The notes: generated by a model not told the origin, from the sequence alone. Shown: positions 10,450 through 20,478, counted from the first letter of the stretch. The stretch: DNA of 64,000 nt from Gammaproteobacteria bacterium (GCA_965116495.1 OZ220696.1:2272001-2336000), one strand, 5' to 3'. Program-made: numbers and translations.

Positions 10450-11184
10450 TCAGCGTAAATCGCCCCAGAGCACTTGCAGTGCGGTGATAGCAGCAACCGC
10501 GGCGGTTTCCGTGCGTAGCGTTCGGGGGCCGAGTTTAATCGGGATATATCCCAGTTTTTCGGCGCTGGTCTGCTCTGCTTCCGTCAGGCCGCCTTCCGGC
10601 CCTACCAGGATGCTGACTTCCCGGTCATCCATCACGTTAAATCCGGCCAGGGTTTGCCGTGCTGCCGGCACCAGTAACAAGCACGTTCTATTGCGATCAT
10701 TCGAGACCCACTCGTGCAGCGGCCGCGGGGCACATAACACGGGCAGGGTATTTCTGCCGGACTGCTCACAGGCATGGATCATGATTTTTTCCCAATGCTT
10801 AAGACGCGTCCCCGCACGTTTATCGTCTAGTTTGACGTTGCTGCGTTCAGTAAAGAGGGGAACAATAGCGGATATGCCTAATTCAACGGACTTTTGTATG
10901 GCATAATCCATATGCAGACTGCGTGAAATACCAAGCCCCAGCGTGATAAACAGGGCAGGTTCGGACATGTCCGGCTCAAAACCCAGGATTTCAACTTCAA
11001 CCTCACGAGTGGAACCGGATATAATCCTTCCCCTGTAACTTCCTCCGTGGCCGTTGAACAGGGTAATATCATCATTGCGCCGGCAACGCAGGACCCGCAG
11101 CAAGTGGTGTGACGCCTCTTGGGACAATATAACCCGTGCGGAAACCGCTAACGGGGTATCCGTAAATATTCGGATATTGCGCAT
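10450..11184 (-). CDS. rsmE: 16S rRNA m3U1498 methyltransferase
   Basis: HHLLRVLR, QKSVELG, ACEQSGR, VGPEGG, LGPRTLRTETA. Confidence 0.97.
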   Translation of the reverse strand: MRNIRIFTDTPLAVSARVILSQEASHHLLRVLRCRRNDDITLFNGHGGSYRGRIISGSTREVEVEILGFEPDMSEPALFITLGLGISRSLHMDYAIQKSVELGISAIVPLFTERSNVKLDDKRAGTRLKHWEKIMIHACEQSGRNTLPVLCAPRPLHEWVSNDRNRTCLLLVPAARQTLAGFNVMDDREVSILVGPEGGLTEAEQTSAEKLGYIPIKLGPRTLRTETAAVAAITALQVLWGDLR

Positions 11185-11235
11185 AATCTGCCAGTGTTTA
11201 AAATAGAGCGATAGAACGGCCCGGATACAGGAAAG

Positions 11236-11553
11236 ATGACATTACAGCACGCCAAATTCAATATCGGTCAACTTATCAAACATAAATTATTCGATTACAG
11301 GGGGGTAATTGTCGACGTTGATCCGGTTTTCGAGGGCTCGGATGAATGGTATGACGAGGTCGCGCGCTCCCGCCCGCCCAAGGACAGACCCTGGTATAAA
11401 GTGCTGGTCCACGATTCCGACCAGGAAACCTATGTCGCCGAAAGAAACCTGGATAACGACTTCTCACATGAGCCGGTGGACCATCCGATGATAGAGTCTT
11501 ATTTCAAACGCTTCAACGACGGCCATTATCTCCATACCCAGGATAGAAATTAA
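11236..11553 (+). CDS. hspQ: Heat shock protein HspQ
   Basis: AKFNIGQLIKHKLFDYRGVIVDVDP...PWYKVLV...YVAERNL. Confidence 0.93.
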   Translation: MTLQHAKFNIGQLIKHKLFDYRGVIVDVDPVFEGSDEWYDEVARSRPPKDRPWYKVLVHDSDQETYVAERNLDNDFSHEPVDHPMIESYFKRFNDGHYLHTQDRN

Positions 11554-11595
11554 CGCTACCCGGATCAACCCGGGGTATTCTGCATTACACCTTAA

Positions 11596-12060
11596 ATGCT
11601 TAAATCCATAAAAGAATTCTTTGAACGGGGCATTCAGGACAGCGCCGACCAGGGTATGCCGGGCACCGACAGCCGGGTTGAACTGGCCGCGGCCGTACTG
11701 ATGATAGAGATCAGCCTGGCAGATTCATCCATTGATAACGATGAACTGGCTGTTATCAAAAAAGCGTTGATTGCCCACTTCAATATCGGCACCGGACAGG
11801 TGGATGAATTGATAGACCTGGCCCGCCGGGAAGTCGACCTCGCCGTTTCCCTGCATGACTTTACCCGTATGCTCAATGACAACCTGGACACATCGGAAAA
11901 AATCCAGGTCATTGAATTGCTCTGGCAGGTTGCCTTCGCCGATGCCGTCCTGGACAAATATGAAGAATATTACATCAGGAAAATTGCCGATCTGCTCTAT
12001 ATCTCTCACAAGGATTACATCAGGACAAAACACAGGGTGGCCGACAGGTACGATTCCTGA
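11596..12060 (+). CDS. TerB-family protein
   Basis: LAAAVLMIEISLAD...LWQVAFADAVLDKYEEYYIRKIADLL. Confidence 0.88.
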   Translation: MLKSIKEFFERGIQDSADQGMPGTDSRVELAAAVLMIEISLADSSIDNDELAVIKKALIAHFNIGTGQVDELIDLARREVDLAVSLHDFTRMLNDNLDTSEKIQVIELLWQVAFADAVLDKYEEYYIRKIADLLYISHKDYIRTKHRVADRYDS

Positions 12061-12079
12061 CCGGAAGGCAGGGATTTGT

Positions 12080-12137
12080 GGGGTCAGAGTAAAAACTCTT
12101 GAGATTCACCATTTCGACAAGTTATTACTCTGACCCC
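12080..12137. repeat. REP-like inverted pair GGGGTCAGAGTAA / TTACTCTGACCCC (copy 1)
   Basis: 13-bp perfect inverted repeat. The same pair recurs at 54508-54574. Confidence 0.8.
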
Positions 12138-12169
12138 ATACATCCCTGACTGGAAGGGGACGGGTTATT

Positions 12170-12631
12170 ATGATAGAAAAAATCATTTCCGGCGGACAGA
12201 CGGGGGTGGATCGTGCTGCCCTGGACGTCGCCATCGAATTGCATATCCCCCATGGGGGCTGGTGCCCTGCCGGGAGAAGAGCCGAAGACGGCGGGTTGAA
12301 TTATCGCTACCGCCTGGCAGAACTGGACTCTGCGGAATACGCTGACAGGACCAGGAAAAACGTCGAGGACAGTGACGGCACCCTCATACTGAACAGGGAA
12401 AACCTGGAAGGGGGGACTGCTGTGACCCTGGCCTTCGCCAGGAGTTTCAACAAGCCGGTTATGCTCGTCGATCTCGGCAACCCGCCCGAAGCGGACGTTA
12501 TCCGCAACTGGCTCCTGATACATAAAATAAAACAATGCAACGTGGCCGGCCCGCGCGAAAGTAAACAGCCGGGTATTTACCGCCAGGCATGCCGTTTTCT
12601 CAACCTGCTGCTTGCGCCGGCCGGGGACTGA
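12170..12631 (+). CDS. Putative molybdenum carrier (SLOG-like) protein
   Basis: KIISGGQTGVDRAALD, HGGWCPAGR, NVAGPRES. Confidence 0.88.
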   Translation: MIEKIISGGQTGVDRAALDVAIELHIPHGGWCPAGRRAEDGGLNYRYRLAELDSAEYADRTRKNVEDSDGTLILNRENLEGGTAVTLAFARSFNKPVMLVDLGNPPEADVIRNWLLIHKIKQCNVAGPRESKQPGIYRQACRFLNLLLAPAGD

Positions 12632-12719
12632 CCCCTGCTTATAACCCTGCCTCGGGGGCCAGGGCAGGCATGCGGGGGCATGCTTAAGTCCGTCCCCATT
12701 GTCTGAGTATCACCAAATC

Positions 12720-13505
12720 TCAGTGTTCCGTATATTCGCCGTTCGCCGTGTCTGTTACCTGCCGACTGTTGCCCGGTAACCGGCCGCTGCCTCTCACACA
12801 GCGTAAAAAGGCCTGTTCAAGGTTGACTGCGTTGAAATGCCGGCAACAGGCGGCGGGCGATCCGACATAGTGGATTCTGCCCTGGTGCAATATGGCTATG
12901 CTGTCGCATAGTTTTTCCGCGTCCGCCAGCAGGTGGGTAGTGAAAAAACAGGTAAGACCCTGCCGTTTCAGCTCCGGCAGGTGGGATTGCAGATAGACCC
13001 GCACCCCCGGGTCAAGGCCGCTCATCGGTTCATCCATGATGAGCAGCCTTTTCCCGCTCACCAAACAGGCAGCCAGGCCCAGTTTCTGCGCCGTTCCTTT
13101 TGACAGGCGCACAGCGGGTTTATCCAGCTCTGCAATCTCCAGGTCCAGGATGTCCATCACATCCTTTATCCGGTTGAGCTTGAATTCATTGCCATGCAGC
13201 GCGCCCAGGTAACGCAGGAACTCCCAACCGGTGAGGTAACCCGGCGGCCGGAACTTTTCCGGCAGGTAAGCCAGGTGCGCCCTAGCTGTGACCAGGCTGT
13301 GTTTCCTGTTGAAGACGGCAATCTTTCCCGAGGTTGCCCTGTCGAGGTCCAACAGGCACCTCAACAAGGTGGTTTTGCCGGCGCCGTTAACCCCCACCAG
13401 ACCCATGCAGCCACCCTCCGGCACCACAAGATCCAGGTCTGATAACACGGCTCTCCCGCCACGCTGTTTTGTCAGTCCTTGTATCCGTATGGCCGGAACC
13501 GGCAT
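12720..13505 (-). CDS. ABC transporter ATP-binding protein of the pilus locus
   Basis: GVNGAGKTT, LSKG, DEPMSGLD. Confidence 0.92.
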   Translation of the reverse strand: MPVPAIRIQGLTKQRGGRAVLSDLDLVVPEGGCMGLVGVNGAGKTTLLRCLLDLDRATSGKIAVFNRKHSLVTARAHLAYLPEKFRPPGYLTGWEFLRYLGALHGNEFKLNRIKDVMDILDLEIAELDKPAVRLSKGTAQKLGLAACLVSGKRLLIMDEPMSGLDPGVRVYLQSHLPELKRQGLTCFFTTHLLADAEKLCDSIAILHQGRIHYVGSPAACCRHFNAVNLEQAFLRCVRGSGRLPGNSRQVTDTANGEYTEH

Positions 13506-13551
13506 GGATTAATCCCCTCCTTGCTTCGGCTGATGAAAGACCCTGGTCCGG

Positions 13552-14352
13552 TCAATACAGGAACACCGCATTACAGCGGGTATTGTCGCTGTCCACGTTC
13601 CAGGAAGAACCTGTCGTATCCGCATTATTGATACAGGGCGCGCCGGTCGTAGACGACCACAGTATGACTTCGCTCCCTGCGGTACCGGCGCCGAAGTCAT
13701 CGCCCCCCACCACACTCTCGCCGGTTTTTGCCGTATTCACCGTGCCGCGTACCACACCGCTGCCCGGATCGCCGTCATCCAGTTTTACGTCCAGTTCGCG
13801 CAACAGGGTCGGGGTCACGCCGGCCCCGAACACGTAAGCCAGGCGCACGGTCGATCCGGCTATGGCGCCGCCGTCGTCGTAATCATCGGTAAACCCCAGC
13901 AGGACGGGCTGCTGAAAGGCATTGCCCGGCACCTGTCCCGTCAATACCCCGGACTCATACTGTGCAACCGTGGTTGTGTTCCCGTTGTAACTCCCATTGA
14001 GGAGACGGGAATGTGCCAAGTGCGCCCAGACTGCGCCGGCTTCCTCCCACCGGTCGATCCGCCCATTCTGGTTGCCGCCTATGGTAGGAGTTCCGCCACA
14101 GTTGTCATCCACTTCAGCCGTGATGGCCCTGCACGCCAGTACTGCGGGCATATCGCCCGGGACTTGCCGGAAGCGGTCGATAAAACCGTAATACGCTGCC
14201 TGGATGCCGGAATTCTGGTCAGCCATATTGCGCACCCTGGCGCTGCTGATCAATTGCTGGCCTTTGAGGATGCCGCCCAGCAGGAGTCCGATAAGGACCA
14301 GGACGACTGCGATTTCCACCAGGGTAAAACCTGATTGTTTACGTGATTTCAT
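13552..14352 (-). CDS. Type IV prepilin-like protein (probable major pilin/pseudopilin)
   Basis: MKSRKQSG|FTLVEIAVVL with a GGAGG RBS before ATG 14352; C-terminal Cys pair. Confidence 0.9.
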   Translation of the reverse strand: MKSRKQSGFTLVEIAVVLVLIGLLLGGILKGQQLISSARVRNMADQNSGIQAAYYGFIDRFRQVPGDMPAVLACRAITAEVDDNCGGTPTIGGNQNGRIDRWEEAGAVWAHLAHSRLLNGSYNGNTTTVAQYESGVLTGQVPGNAFQQPVLLGFTDDYDDGGAIAGSTVRLAYVFGAGVTPTLLRELDVKLDDGDPGSGVVRGTVNTAKTGESVVGGDDFGAGTAGSEVILWSSTTGAPCINNADTTGSSWNVDSDNTRCNAVFLY

Positions 14353-14380
14353 AAAGATATCCTCCATGAATTGTTACTGT

Positions 14381-15124
14381 TTAATTGTTATCTCTATTTA
14401 TCAGGTCAGGGCTGATTTCCTGTTCGAGTAGCGCCAGTTTGTTTTTCAAAAACCGCAACTCATTATCATTGCCTGCCAGTTTGCCGCTTGCCAGCAGGCC
14501 GCCGATGATGATTCGTGCGCTCTCGATCTCGCCCAGGTCTTCCAGTACGAATATCTCCATTTGTGTTACCCAGGGGGGAGCGGTGCCGCTGCTCACGTTC
14601 AGACGCAGGGCGTTGGCGTATTTCAAAGCCAGTTGCAAATCCTTGATTCGGTGTTTTGCCACGTAGACTGCATGGGCCAACCAAGGCCAGCGGCGCTCGG
14701 GATCCTCCAAAAAGCGCCGGTGCACGAACTCCAGCATTTGCCGCTTCCCGGCGTCATCCGGCGTTTCCGTGTAGACGCGGCTGGCGGATAGCAGCGGGTA
14801 TTGAAAACGGCCGTCAAGGTCGAGTAACGCGTCCAGCCAGTTTACGACCCTGGCATAGTCCAACCTTGCGAATGGAATACTGACGCCGGGTTGATTATCG
14901 AAAGCCTGCAGCCACAACATCAGGATTTTCGCCAGTGTGTCTGGTTCTCCCAGGCCGTACAGGTGCAGCAGCCGGGTATCGGGTGCGTTCGGCAGGGCTT
15001 CAGCCGTTGCCGCCGCCTGGGGTCGTGCATGGCTCCAGCACACCTGGATTACCAGGCTGGCTATGAATACCGCCAGGACCGGAAGCGGGACCGTTGACAG
15101 TGGTCTTGCTGCGCTATCGTTCAT
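14381..15124 (-). CDS. Pilus-locus accessory protein with N-terminal TM helix
   Basis: 247-aa ORF in operon between the ABC permease and the pilin. Confidence 0.7.
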   Translation of the reverse strand: MNDSAARPLSTVPLPVLAVFIASLVIQVCWSHARPQAAATAEALPNAPDTRLLHLYGLGEPDTLAKILMLWLQAFDNQPGVSIPFARLDYARVVNWLDALLDLDGRFQYPLLSASRVYTETPDDAGKRQMLEFVHRRFLEDPERRWPWLAHAVYVAKHRIKDLQLALKYANALRLNVSSGTAPPWVTQMEIFVLEDLGEIESARIIIGGLLASGKLAGNDNELRFLKNKLALLEQEISPDLINRDNN

Positions 15125-15158
15125 AAGTCGCCCTTGTCTGTCCTGTCGCGTTACTCAA

Positions 15159-15914
15159 CTACAGGTTCTTCCGGTACAGGTCGAACAGGCTGGCGGATAG
15201 CAGGACGGGCAGGTAAACCAGGGTATGGATCAGTACTGTCCCTACGGCGTCGGCATCGACCCCATAGACCAGCCATTCGCTGCGAGTAAACGCGTGCAGG
15301 TCGGGCAGCAGTAGCGTCAGTGCATTCACCACGATATTCATGAAGTCCTGTGAAATAGTGTCGAGTGTGAAAACCGGGCCGGTGCTTAACAGGCGCAACG
15401 CCTCCGTGCTGCGCGACAACAGGTAAAATGCCATGGCTGATGTGAAAGCCAGGCTGATATTGGCAAATGTCAGCAGGCACAGCAGGCTGAAGGCAGCCAG
15501 CAACAGTTGTTCGCAGAACAGGGAGAGCATCCAGCAGCCGACCGCTACGGCGGGGGCATACAGGAACAACGGCAGAGCAGCAAGGATAGCAACGCATAAT
15601 GAGAAACCTGCAAATCCGGTTAATTTCCCGAACAGGTACGCGTGCCTGGGCAGGGGCAGGGACAGGATCAGCTCAAGGCCCTTGTCGTCCAGTTCCCTCA
15701 AGACACTGCTTATAACAAACAGGCAGGTAGCGCAAATCGAGAAAACCCGCAATAAAGAAGCCGTCACAGCGGCCTGCGCCTGCTTGGTCTCCGTGATGCT
15801 TAATTCACCCAGGAACTCCGCTAGGCCGAACGCTACGGCCATGGCTGCAATCACTGCAATAAGCAAACGGCAGCGTACAGCTTCAAGCAAGGTATAGCGG
15901 GCTATTGTGAACAT
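15159..15914 (-). CDS. ABC transporter permease of the pilus locus
   Basis: IARYTLLEA, LSLPLPRHAYLFGK, about 6 TM helices. Confidence 0.85.
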   Translation of the reverse strand: MFTIARYTLLEAVRCRLLIAVIAAMAVAFGLAEFLGELSITETKQAQAAVTASLLRVFSICATCLFVISSVLRELDDKGLELILSLPLPRHAYLFGKLTGFAGFSLCVAILAALPLFLYAPAVAVGCWMLSLFCEQLLLAAFSLLCLLTFANISLAFTSAMAFYLLSRSTEALRLLSTGPVFTLDTISQDFMNIVVNALTLLLPDLHAFTRSEWLVYGVDADAVGTVLIHTLVYLPVLLSASLFDLYRKNL

Positions 15915-15928
15915 ATTTCTGTTCCCTG

Positions 15929-16687
15929 CTACGGCAACCGGCCTGCCGTAACCATCCTGTTAAACAGGCGCGGTCGTGACATCCACACCAGCACGTCATC
16001 AAAAATGGCGCCGGCGCCGGACACATCGCCTCCCTGGTACAAGGGCTCGCCGTCAGGGCAGGATGTGCCGCTTCCCGCATCATAGCCGCTGACGTTTCCA
16101 CAGGGCGCGCCTTCAAAAAGAGTATTCTCCCCATCCGGGGTCAGGTTTGCACCGGTGGAAAAGATAATCGCTACCGGGGTTTCCGTCGGCGCAGTCAACA
16201 GCCTGCCCAGGTTGTCCACAACGCTCAGGTTATCGGCCGATGCCGTCTTCATGCTAATCAAGTCTGCGGAATTGCTGAAATTACGGTCGACGCGGTAACG
16301 CCAATAGCCATTGAACGAGTCTGTATCTGCGCTTCTCGGCACTCCCCACGGATCAACTTCGGGCACGCCCAGGGTTCGCCAGGGAATATACCCTTCCGCC
16401 GCCGAATCACTGTGACAGGCGTCGTTTTCAAGACCATACGTATCGTTGTCCGGGTCAGTGGCCGTTGCCGGACAGGGAAGATACCCGTTTATCATGGCGA
16501 ATCCCACCAGCGCCTCCCTGATCCGTTCCAGTTCGGTGCCCGCCTGCGCCCGCTGTTTTCTCTCCAGTAACGAACCGAGGGGATTAAGCATCCCTCCCAG
16601 CACCAGCGCGATGATCATCAACCCAATCGCAAGCTCGAGCAGGGAGAACCCCGTTTGTCTGGTACTCTTTCCAGGTGATATTGACAT
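15929..16687 (-). CDS. Minor prepilin/pseudopilin; current start codon lies in the MITE terminal repeat
   Basis: MSISPGKSTRQTG|FSLLELAIG, LPCPA, DPWG, DDVLVW motifs. Confidence 0.82.
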   Translation of the reverse strand: MSISPGKSTRQTGFSLLELAIGLMIIALVLGGMLNPLGSLLERKQRAQAGTELERIREALVGFAMINGYLPCPATATDPDNDTYGLENDACHSDSAAEGYIPWRTLGVPEVDPWGVPRSADTDSFNGYWRYRVDRNFSNSADLISMKTASADNLSVVDNLGRLLTAPTETPVAIIFSTGANLTPDGENTLFEGAPCGNVSGYDAGSGTSCPDGEPLYQGGDVSGAGAIFDDVLVWMSRPRLFNRMVTAGRLP

Positions 16688-16927
16688 GTTCAGCGGGTCG
16701 GGAAGCGGTTGAGCGCCAGGCGCGCCGTGCAGGTAATGGCGCGCCCTTGCCAAGCGGCGCAACACCGCGGGCGACCGCTTCCCGACCCGCCCGCAGGGAG
16801 CCAAGCAGCGGCGCCAATACAGCGTTGCAGTCCTTGACAACGACTCGCCATTCTCTGCGGACTGCGCCTTGTCTTGGCGCCGCTGCTTGGCTCTGAACAT
16901 GTCAATATCACCTGGAAAGAGTACTAG
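16659..16927. mobile_element. MITE-like element with perfect 32-bp inverted match at its ends and probable CTAG target duplication
   Basis: GTACTCTTTCCAGGTGATATTGACATGTTCAG (16662-16693) is the exact reverse complement of 16893-16924. Flanks are CTGG (16659-16662) and CTAG (16924-16927), and the interior has two long hairpins. Confidence 0.85.
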
Positions 16928-16948
16928 TAATCATGGCTGGCCCGGATT

Positions 16949-19900
16949 TCAGGGTGAGGCAACGGCGACCTGGTCGTTGAAGGTCGCTGTGATACCGGCG
17001 CGGGTGAAGATGTCATCGCCGGACAATGTTGCATTCTCGCCCTCGTAATAATCGGTAATGGCACCGGTCGAACGATCCTGCGCAGCCAAGGCCATTCCGG
17101 CAGAGACCACCAGCGCTTCCGTGTCATCGGCATGGCCTTGGATAACCAGGCAATCCGATCCGGCTGTGCAATGATTGCCGCCGCCGGGGGCGAAACCACT
17201 GCTGTAAGCGATGTAAAGGAGGTGGTGCCACTTGTTTTTTATGAACCAGGCAGGTAGTTCTGCGGTGGACTCGGACAAGAAATAATCTATGCCGCTGGTG
17301 CTGATGGCACCCGGCGCGCCGCCCTGCAGCACAGTCAATCCGGTCCTGGCCACCATGCTTGCATCCCGTAAGTCCTCGATGATCAGCATCGGCCTGCTGA
17401 TCCGATAGGTATCACCTGCCTCAAACTGGTTATCGTGGCCGCCGTCAAGCGCTCCGGCCGTCAGGAAATGGCGGTTTACCGCCATAACCATCCCCGCCGA
17501 ACCGTCAGTCGTGTCAGACAGCGTATCGCCGGGGACAACGCCGAGTTGAGGAAAGTCCGTGCTCGTATCTTCCAGGGTGAGGCCGGTTGTTGCAGAACCT
17601 GCCTGACCACTGACACCGGTTTCGTAATACGGCAGGGTTGCGGCAACCGGGGCGCCGGTACAATCGGCCCCATAACCCCGGCACACATCACGCCGGCGGA
17701 TGCCGCCGGCTGAGCGGACAGCCAGGTCTCCCCGGTAACGCAGGTTGAATCGGTAGCGGCGCCGGTTTACATAGGCGTAGTACACATTGTATTCATCGCC
17801 TGCCTGGAAGGAATTATCTCCCCCGCCATGCAGTGTGGTGCTGATAATTGAACCGTTGACACCGGTAACCATGCCGAAGGAACCATCGGTTGCGTTTTCC
17901 ACGGTATCACCGGCCAAAACACCCGCCGCACTGAAGTCCTGTTGCAAGTCCTGCAACCGGTTGCCACCGGAAACGCCGGCAGTACCATTCAGGAGCCGGG
18001 TGGCTGTCCGGATGCGGTAATGTTCACCCTCTGCCAGGCCGGGTGGCGTGGGCGCCAGCTGTCCCAGGTTCAATGCCGTCGCGGCAGCGACCCGGGTAAC
18101 GACCGCGGTATGCGGCTGTTCCACCAGGTCGCCCGGTTTTATCCCTGCTGAGATGAAATCCTGCGCGCCGTCCACCAGCATGGAGGCAGACGAGCCGGGA
18201 CCCGTAATCCCATCAAGGAGGGGTGTCACAGCGCTGGCGCCCGTACACTCGACCACCTGCGCATTGAGCCAGGTACAATACCCGTTTTCGCGATCGGCGT
18301 TGATGCTGCCCGCAGGTGCAGAAGATTGCAGCGATCGAATAACTGCCGCGGCATACGCGGATTGCGTATCCGGGGTAAACCCCGTAATTACGTACCGGCC
18401 AAGGTCCGGAATCCTCCACTCCACCTGGAAACCGGTGGGAAAACGCTTGCCCGGTTGATGAACGGCTAACAAGCCTTTCCTGATGTGGTCCCCGGCATTG
18501 AATCGGGGTAACCGGTAAACGTCACTTTGTCGGAATTGGTTATTCCTGCCGAAATTCAGCCCGGACACGGTCAGCAGCGTCGGGCCGGCCACAGTGTCCA
18601 CGCGGCCAACTGAACCATCGCTCAGGTTCTCCACAATGTCACCGCTGGCAATCCCCCTGGCGATGAAGTCCGTGTGTCGGTCAACTAATGTCAAACCCAG
18701 GCTGCCCGGCGCAGCAACGCCGGTATTGGTACGCAGGCGGTAATGTTCGCCGAAATCGAAATCATTTTCCAGCCCGCCGCTGAGCCTGCGTACCGTTATC
18801 GCCGCCTTGTGTACGGTGCTGACCGTGCCGCTGGAACCATCACTCAGGTTTTCAATCACGTCTCCGGGCACAACACCCAACTGCTTGAAGTTGCGGCTGG
18901 AATCGTTAAGGATGAAATCCCTGCTGCCGGCAGTGGCCGTGCCCTGCACGGCCTGTGCAAGGCCGCGCCGTTCGATAAAATAGACGTCCCCCTTATCAAA
19001 ATCGTTTTCCATCCCCGTCCCATGGCCGACCACTTCCAGCGTTTTTTTCGTTACCGATTTCACGGCGGCAACCGAGCCGTCGCTGACATTCCTGACGAGA
19101 TCGTTGGGACCGACTCCCCACTCATTGAAATCCTTGCGTTTGTCGGTGAGTATTGCCGCATTATTATTCCCCGTATGGGAACCGCGTAATATGCGGTTAT
19201 CGGCATGCGGGTCGGCAAACGGCGTTAACCAGGGGTAGGCGGAATGCTCCGCTCTGTAACGCGCAAGTACCGCACGCATTTCATTGACCACGCGTCGCTC
19301 GACCACTGACATCAGTTCCGCCCGGTCGATGATTGCCAACTGATCATTGCCGGCGGTCGTGGAAAATGCGCCATCGCCAACGTCGGCATTGTCACCTTCC
19401 AGGTAATCGGCAGCAGCATTGCCCGGGCGGTCAAATTGACTGGAAACGGGTGCGCCCGGGGCGATGACAACCGCTACTACGTCACCCACGCCATCAACAC
19501 TCAGTTGTCCCGGTGTTTCACTGTTGATAACCGCCAGGTTTGATTGGCTGTTCTTGAAATCAGGCGACAAGGCGTACCATAATCGTTCACCGCTGCTGTC
19601 CCGCGGGTCATCGAGGCCCAGTATGGTAAACGGCAATCGGCCCAATGTTGTCCCCGTACTCATTGCGCAATTCGTTTCCGGCCTGCCGTCGTTATTCCGA
19701 TCGGGACAGGGTAAAAATCCCGGCCCTTTCTCCGGGTTGACGCGCAGGTCGGGATAATTCATTGCGTAATGCAACAAGGCCTTTTTTGCCCGGCTCAACG
19801 CGATTTCAGTGTCTGCGCGACGACTATAAACCCTGGTGTGCCCGTTCAGGTCTGACAGCAACAGCCATGTAGAACTGAGGATCAGCACCAGTATGAAAGC

Positions 19901-19963
19901 CAGCAATGCAGCGCCGGTCGATGATCGGACGCCCGGACCCCGGTTGGAACCAGCATACTTCAC
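16949..19963 (-). CDS. Large pilus-associated protein (PilX-like N-terminus) with six internal ~60-aa repeats
   Basis: STG|AALLAFILVLIL pilin-like helix, LPCPD, GERLWYALS, repeats LxDxxxDF..G...GD.VEN.SDGS. Confidence 0.8.
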   Translation of the reverse strand: MKYAGSNRGPGVRSSTGAALLAFILVLILSSTWLLLSDLNGHTRVYSRRADTEIALSRAKKALLHYAMNYPDLRVNPEKGPGFLPCPDRNNDGRPETNCAMSTGTTLGRLPFTILGLDDPRDSSGERLWYALSPDFKNSQSNLAVINSETPGQLSVDGVGDVVAVVIAPGAPVSSQFDRPGNAAADYLEGDNADVGDGAFSTTAGNDQLAIIDRAELMSVVERRVVNEMRAVLARYRAEHSAYPWLTPFADPHADNRILRGSHTGNNNAAILTDKRKDFNEWGVGPNDLVRNVSDGSVAAVKSVTKKTLEVVGHGTGMENDFDKGDVYFIERRGLAQAVQGTATAGSRDFILNDSSRNFKQLGVVPGDVIENLSDGSSGTVSTVHKAAITVRRLSGGLENDFDFGEHYRLRTNTGVAAPGSLGLTLVDRHTDFIARGIASGDIVENLSDGSVGRVDTVAGPTLLTVSGLNFGRNNQFRQSDVYRLPRFNAGDHIRKGLLAVHQPGKRFPTGFQVEWRIPDLGRYVITGFTPDTQSAYAAAVIRSLQSSAPAGSINADRENGYCTWLNAQVVECTGASAVTPLLDGITGPGSSASMLVDGAQDFISAGIKPGDLVEQPHTAVVTRVAAATALNLGQLAPTPPGLAEGEHYRIRTATRLLNGTAGVSGGNRLQDLQQDFSAAGVLAGDTVENATDGSFGMVTGVNGSIISTTLHGGGDNSFQAGDEYNVYYAYVNRRRYRFNLRYRGDLAVRSAGGIRRRDVCRGYGADCTGAPVAATLPYYETGVSGQAGSATTGLTLEDTSTDFPQLGVVPGDTLSDTTDGSAGMVMAVNRHFLTAGALDGGHDNQFEAGDTYRISRPMLIIEDLRDASMVARTGLTVLQGGAPGAISTSGIDYFLSESTAELPAWFIKNKWHHLLYIAYSSGFAPGGGNHCTAGSDCLVIQGHADDTEALVVSAGMALAAQDRSTGAITDYYEGENATLSGDDIFTRAGITATFNDQVAVASP

Positions 19964-20478
19964 GGGGCATCATCCTTCAGGTCCGTGACTGCACCTGAAT
20001 GCAGGTGATAAGACTGCCCGGGTTTTAATTTCACTGATTTACCGGTGAACGGCACACGGATAGTGACCCCGTTGTCGAGTATCCGGCCTGAGCCCGGTTC
20101 CCGGAAATCCAGAGCAGCAGTCCCCTCGTTTGCATCGACCCAGGCCTTGCGCGCCCTGTCCTTTTTGTATATCAGGCCCTTAAGGGTAATAACGGGTGAA
20201 TTTTTCTTCCCTTGTTCCGTCCCGGGGAAAAATCCGGCCCGTGTTTGCCCGGGCCTCCCTCTGTCGATCAATCCGTGAACACCTGTACCGGTATTATTCC
20301 GCGCCCCCGCGGTGCGCATGTTTTCCTCCCTGACCTCCTGCAGCCGTTGGCGCTCCTCCCCGGTGGTAAACAATCGTCCGAATTGTTGCTCATCGGCTGA
20401 ATAGCAATAACCGGATACAGAGATCACCACGATAAGTACCCACCTCCCGGTTACGCCGGACAGCCGGGCCAGGTTCAT
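19960..20478 (-). CDS. Pilus-locus exported protein
   Basis: Signal peptide, FGRLFTT..ER..L, LKPGQ; overlaps neighbouring genes by 4 bp. Confidence 0.7.
   Translation of the reverse strand: MNLARLSGVTGRWVLIVVISVSGYCYSADEQQFGRLFTTGEERQRLQEVREENMRTAGARNNTGTGVHGLIDRGRPGQTRAGFFPGTEQGKKNSPVITLKGLIYKKDRARKAWVDANEGTAALDFREPGSGRILDNGVTIRVPFTGKSVKLKPGQSYHLHSGAVTDLKDDAP

Noticed and set aside
16688-16900. 71-aa N-terminal extension of the minor pilin (ORF track start 16900)
   Set aside because: It lies wholly within the MITE and is read-through of non-coding hairpin sequence.
16662-16924. Invertible phase-variation switch
   Set aside because: No site-specific recombinase is in the window. The CTAG-like duplication and clean empty-site reconstruction fit a MITE insertion better.
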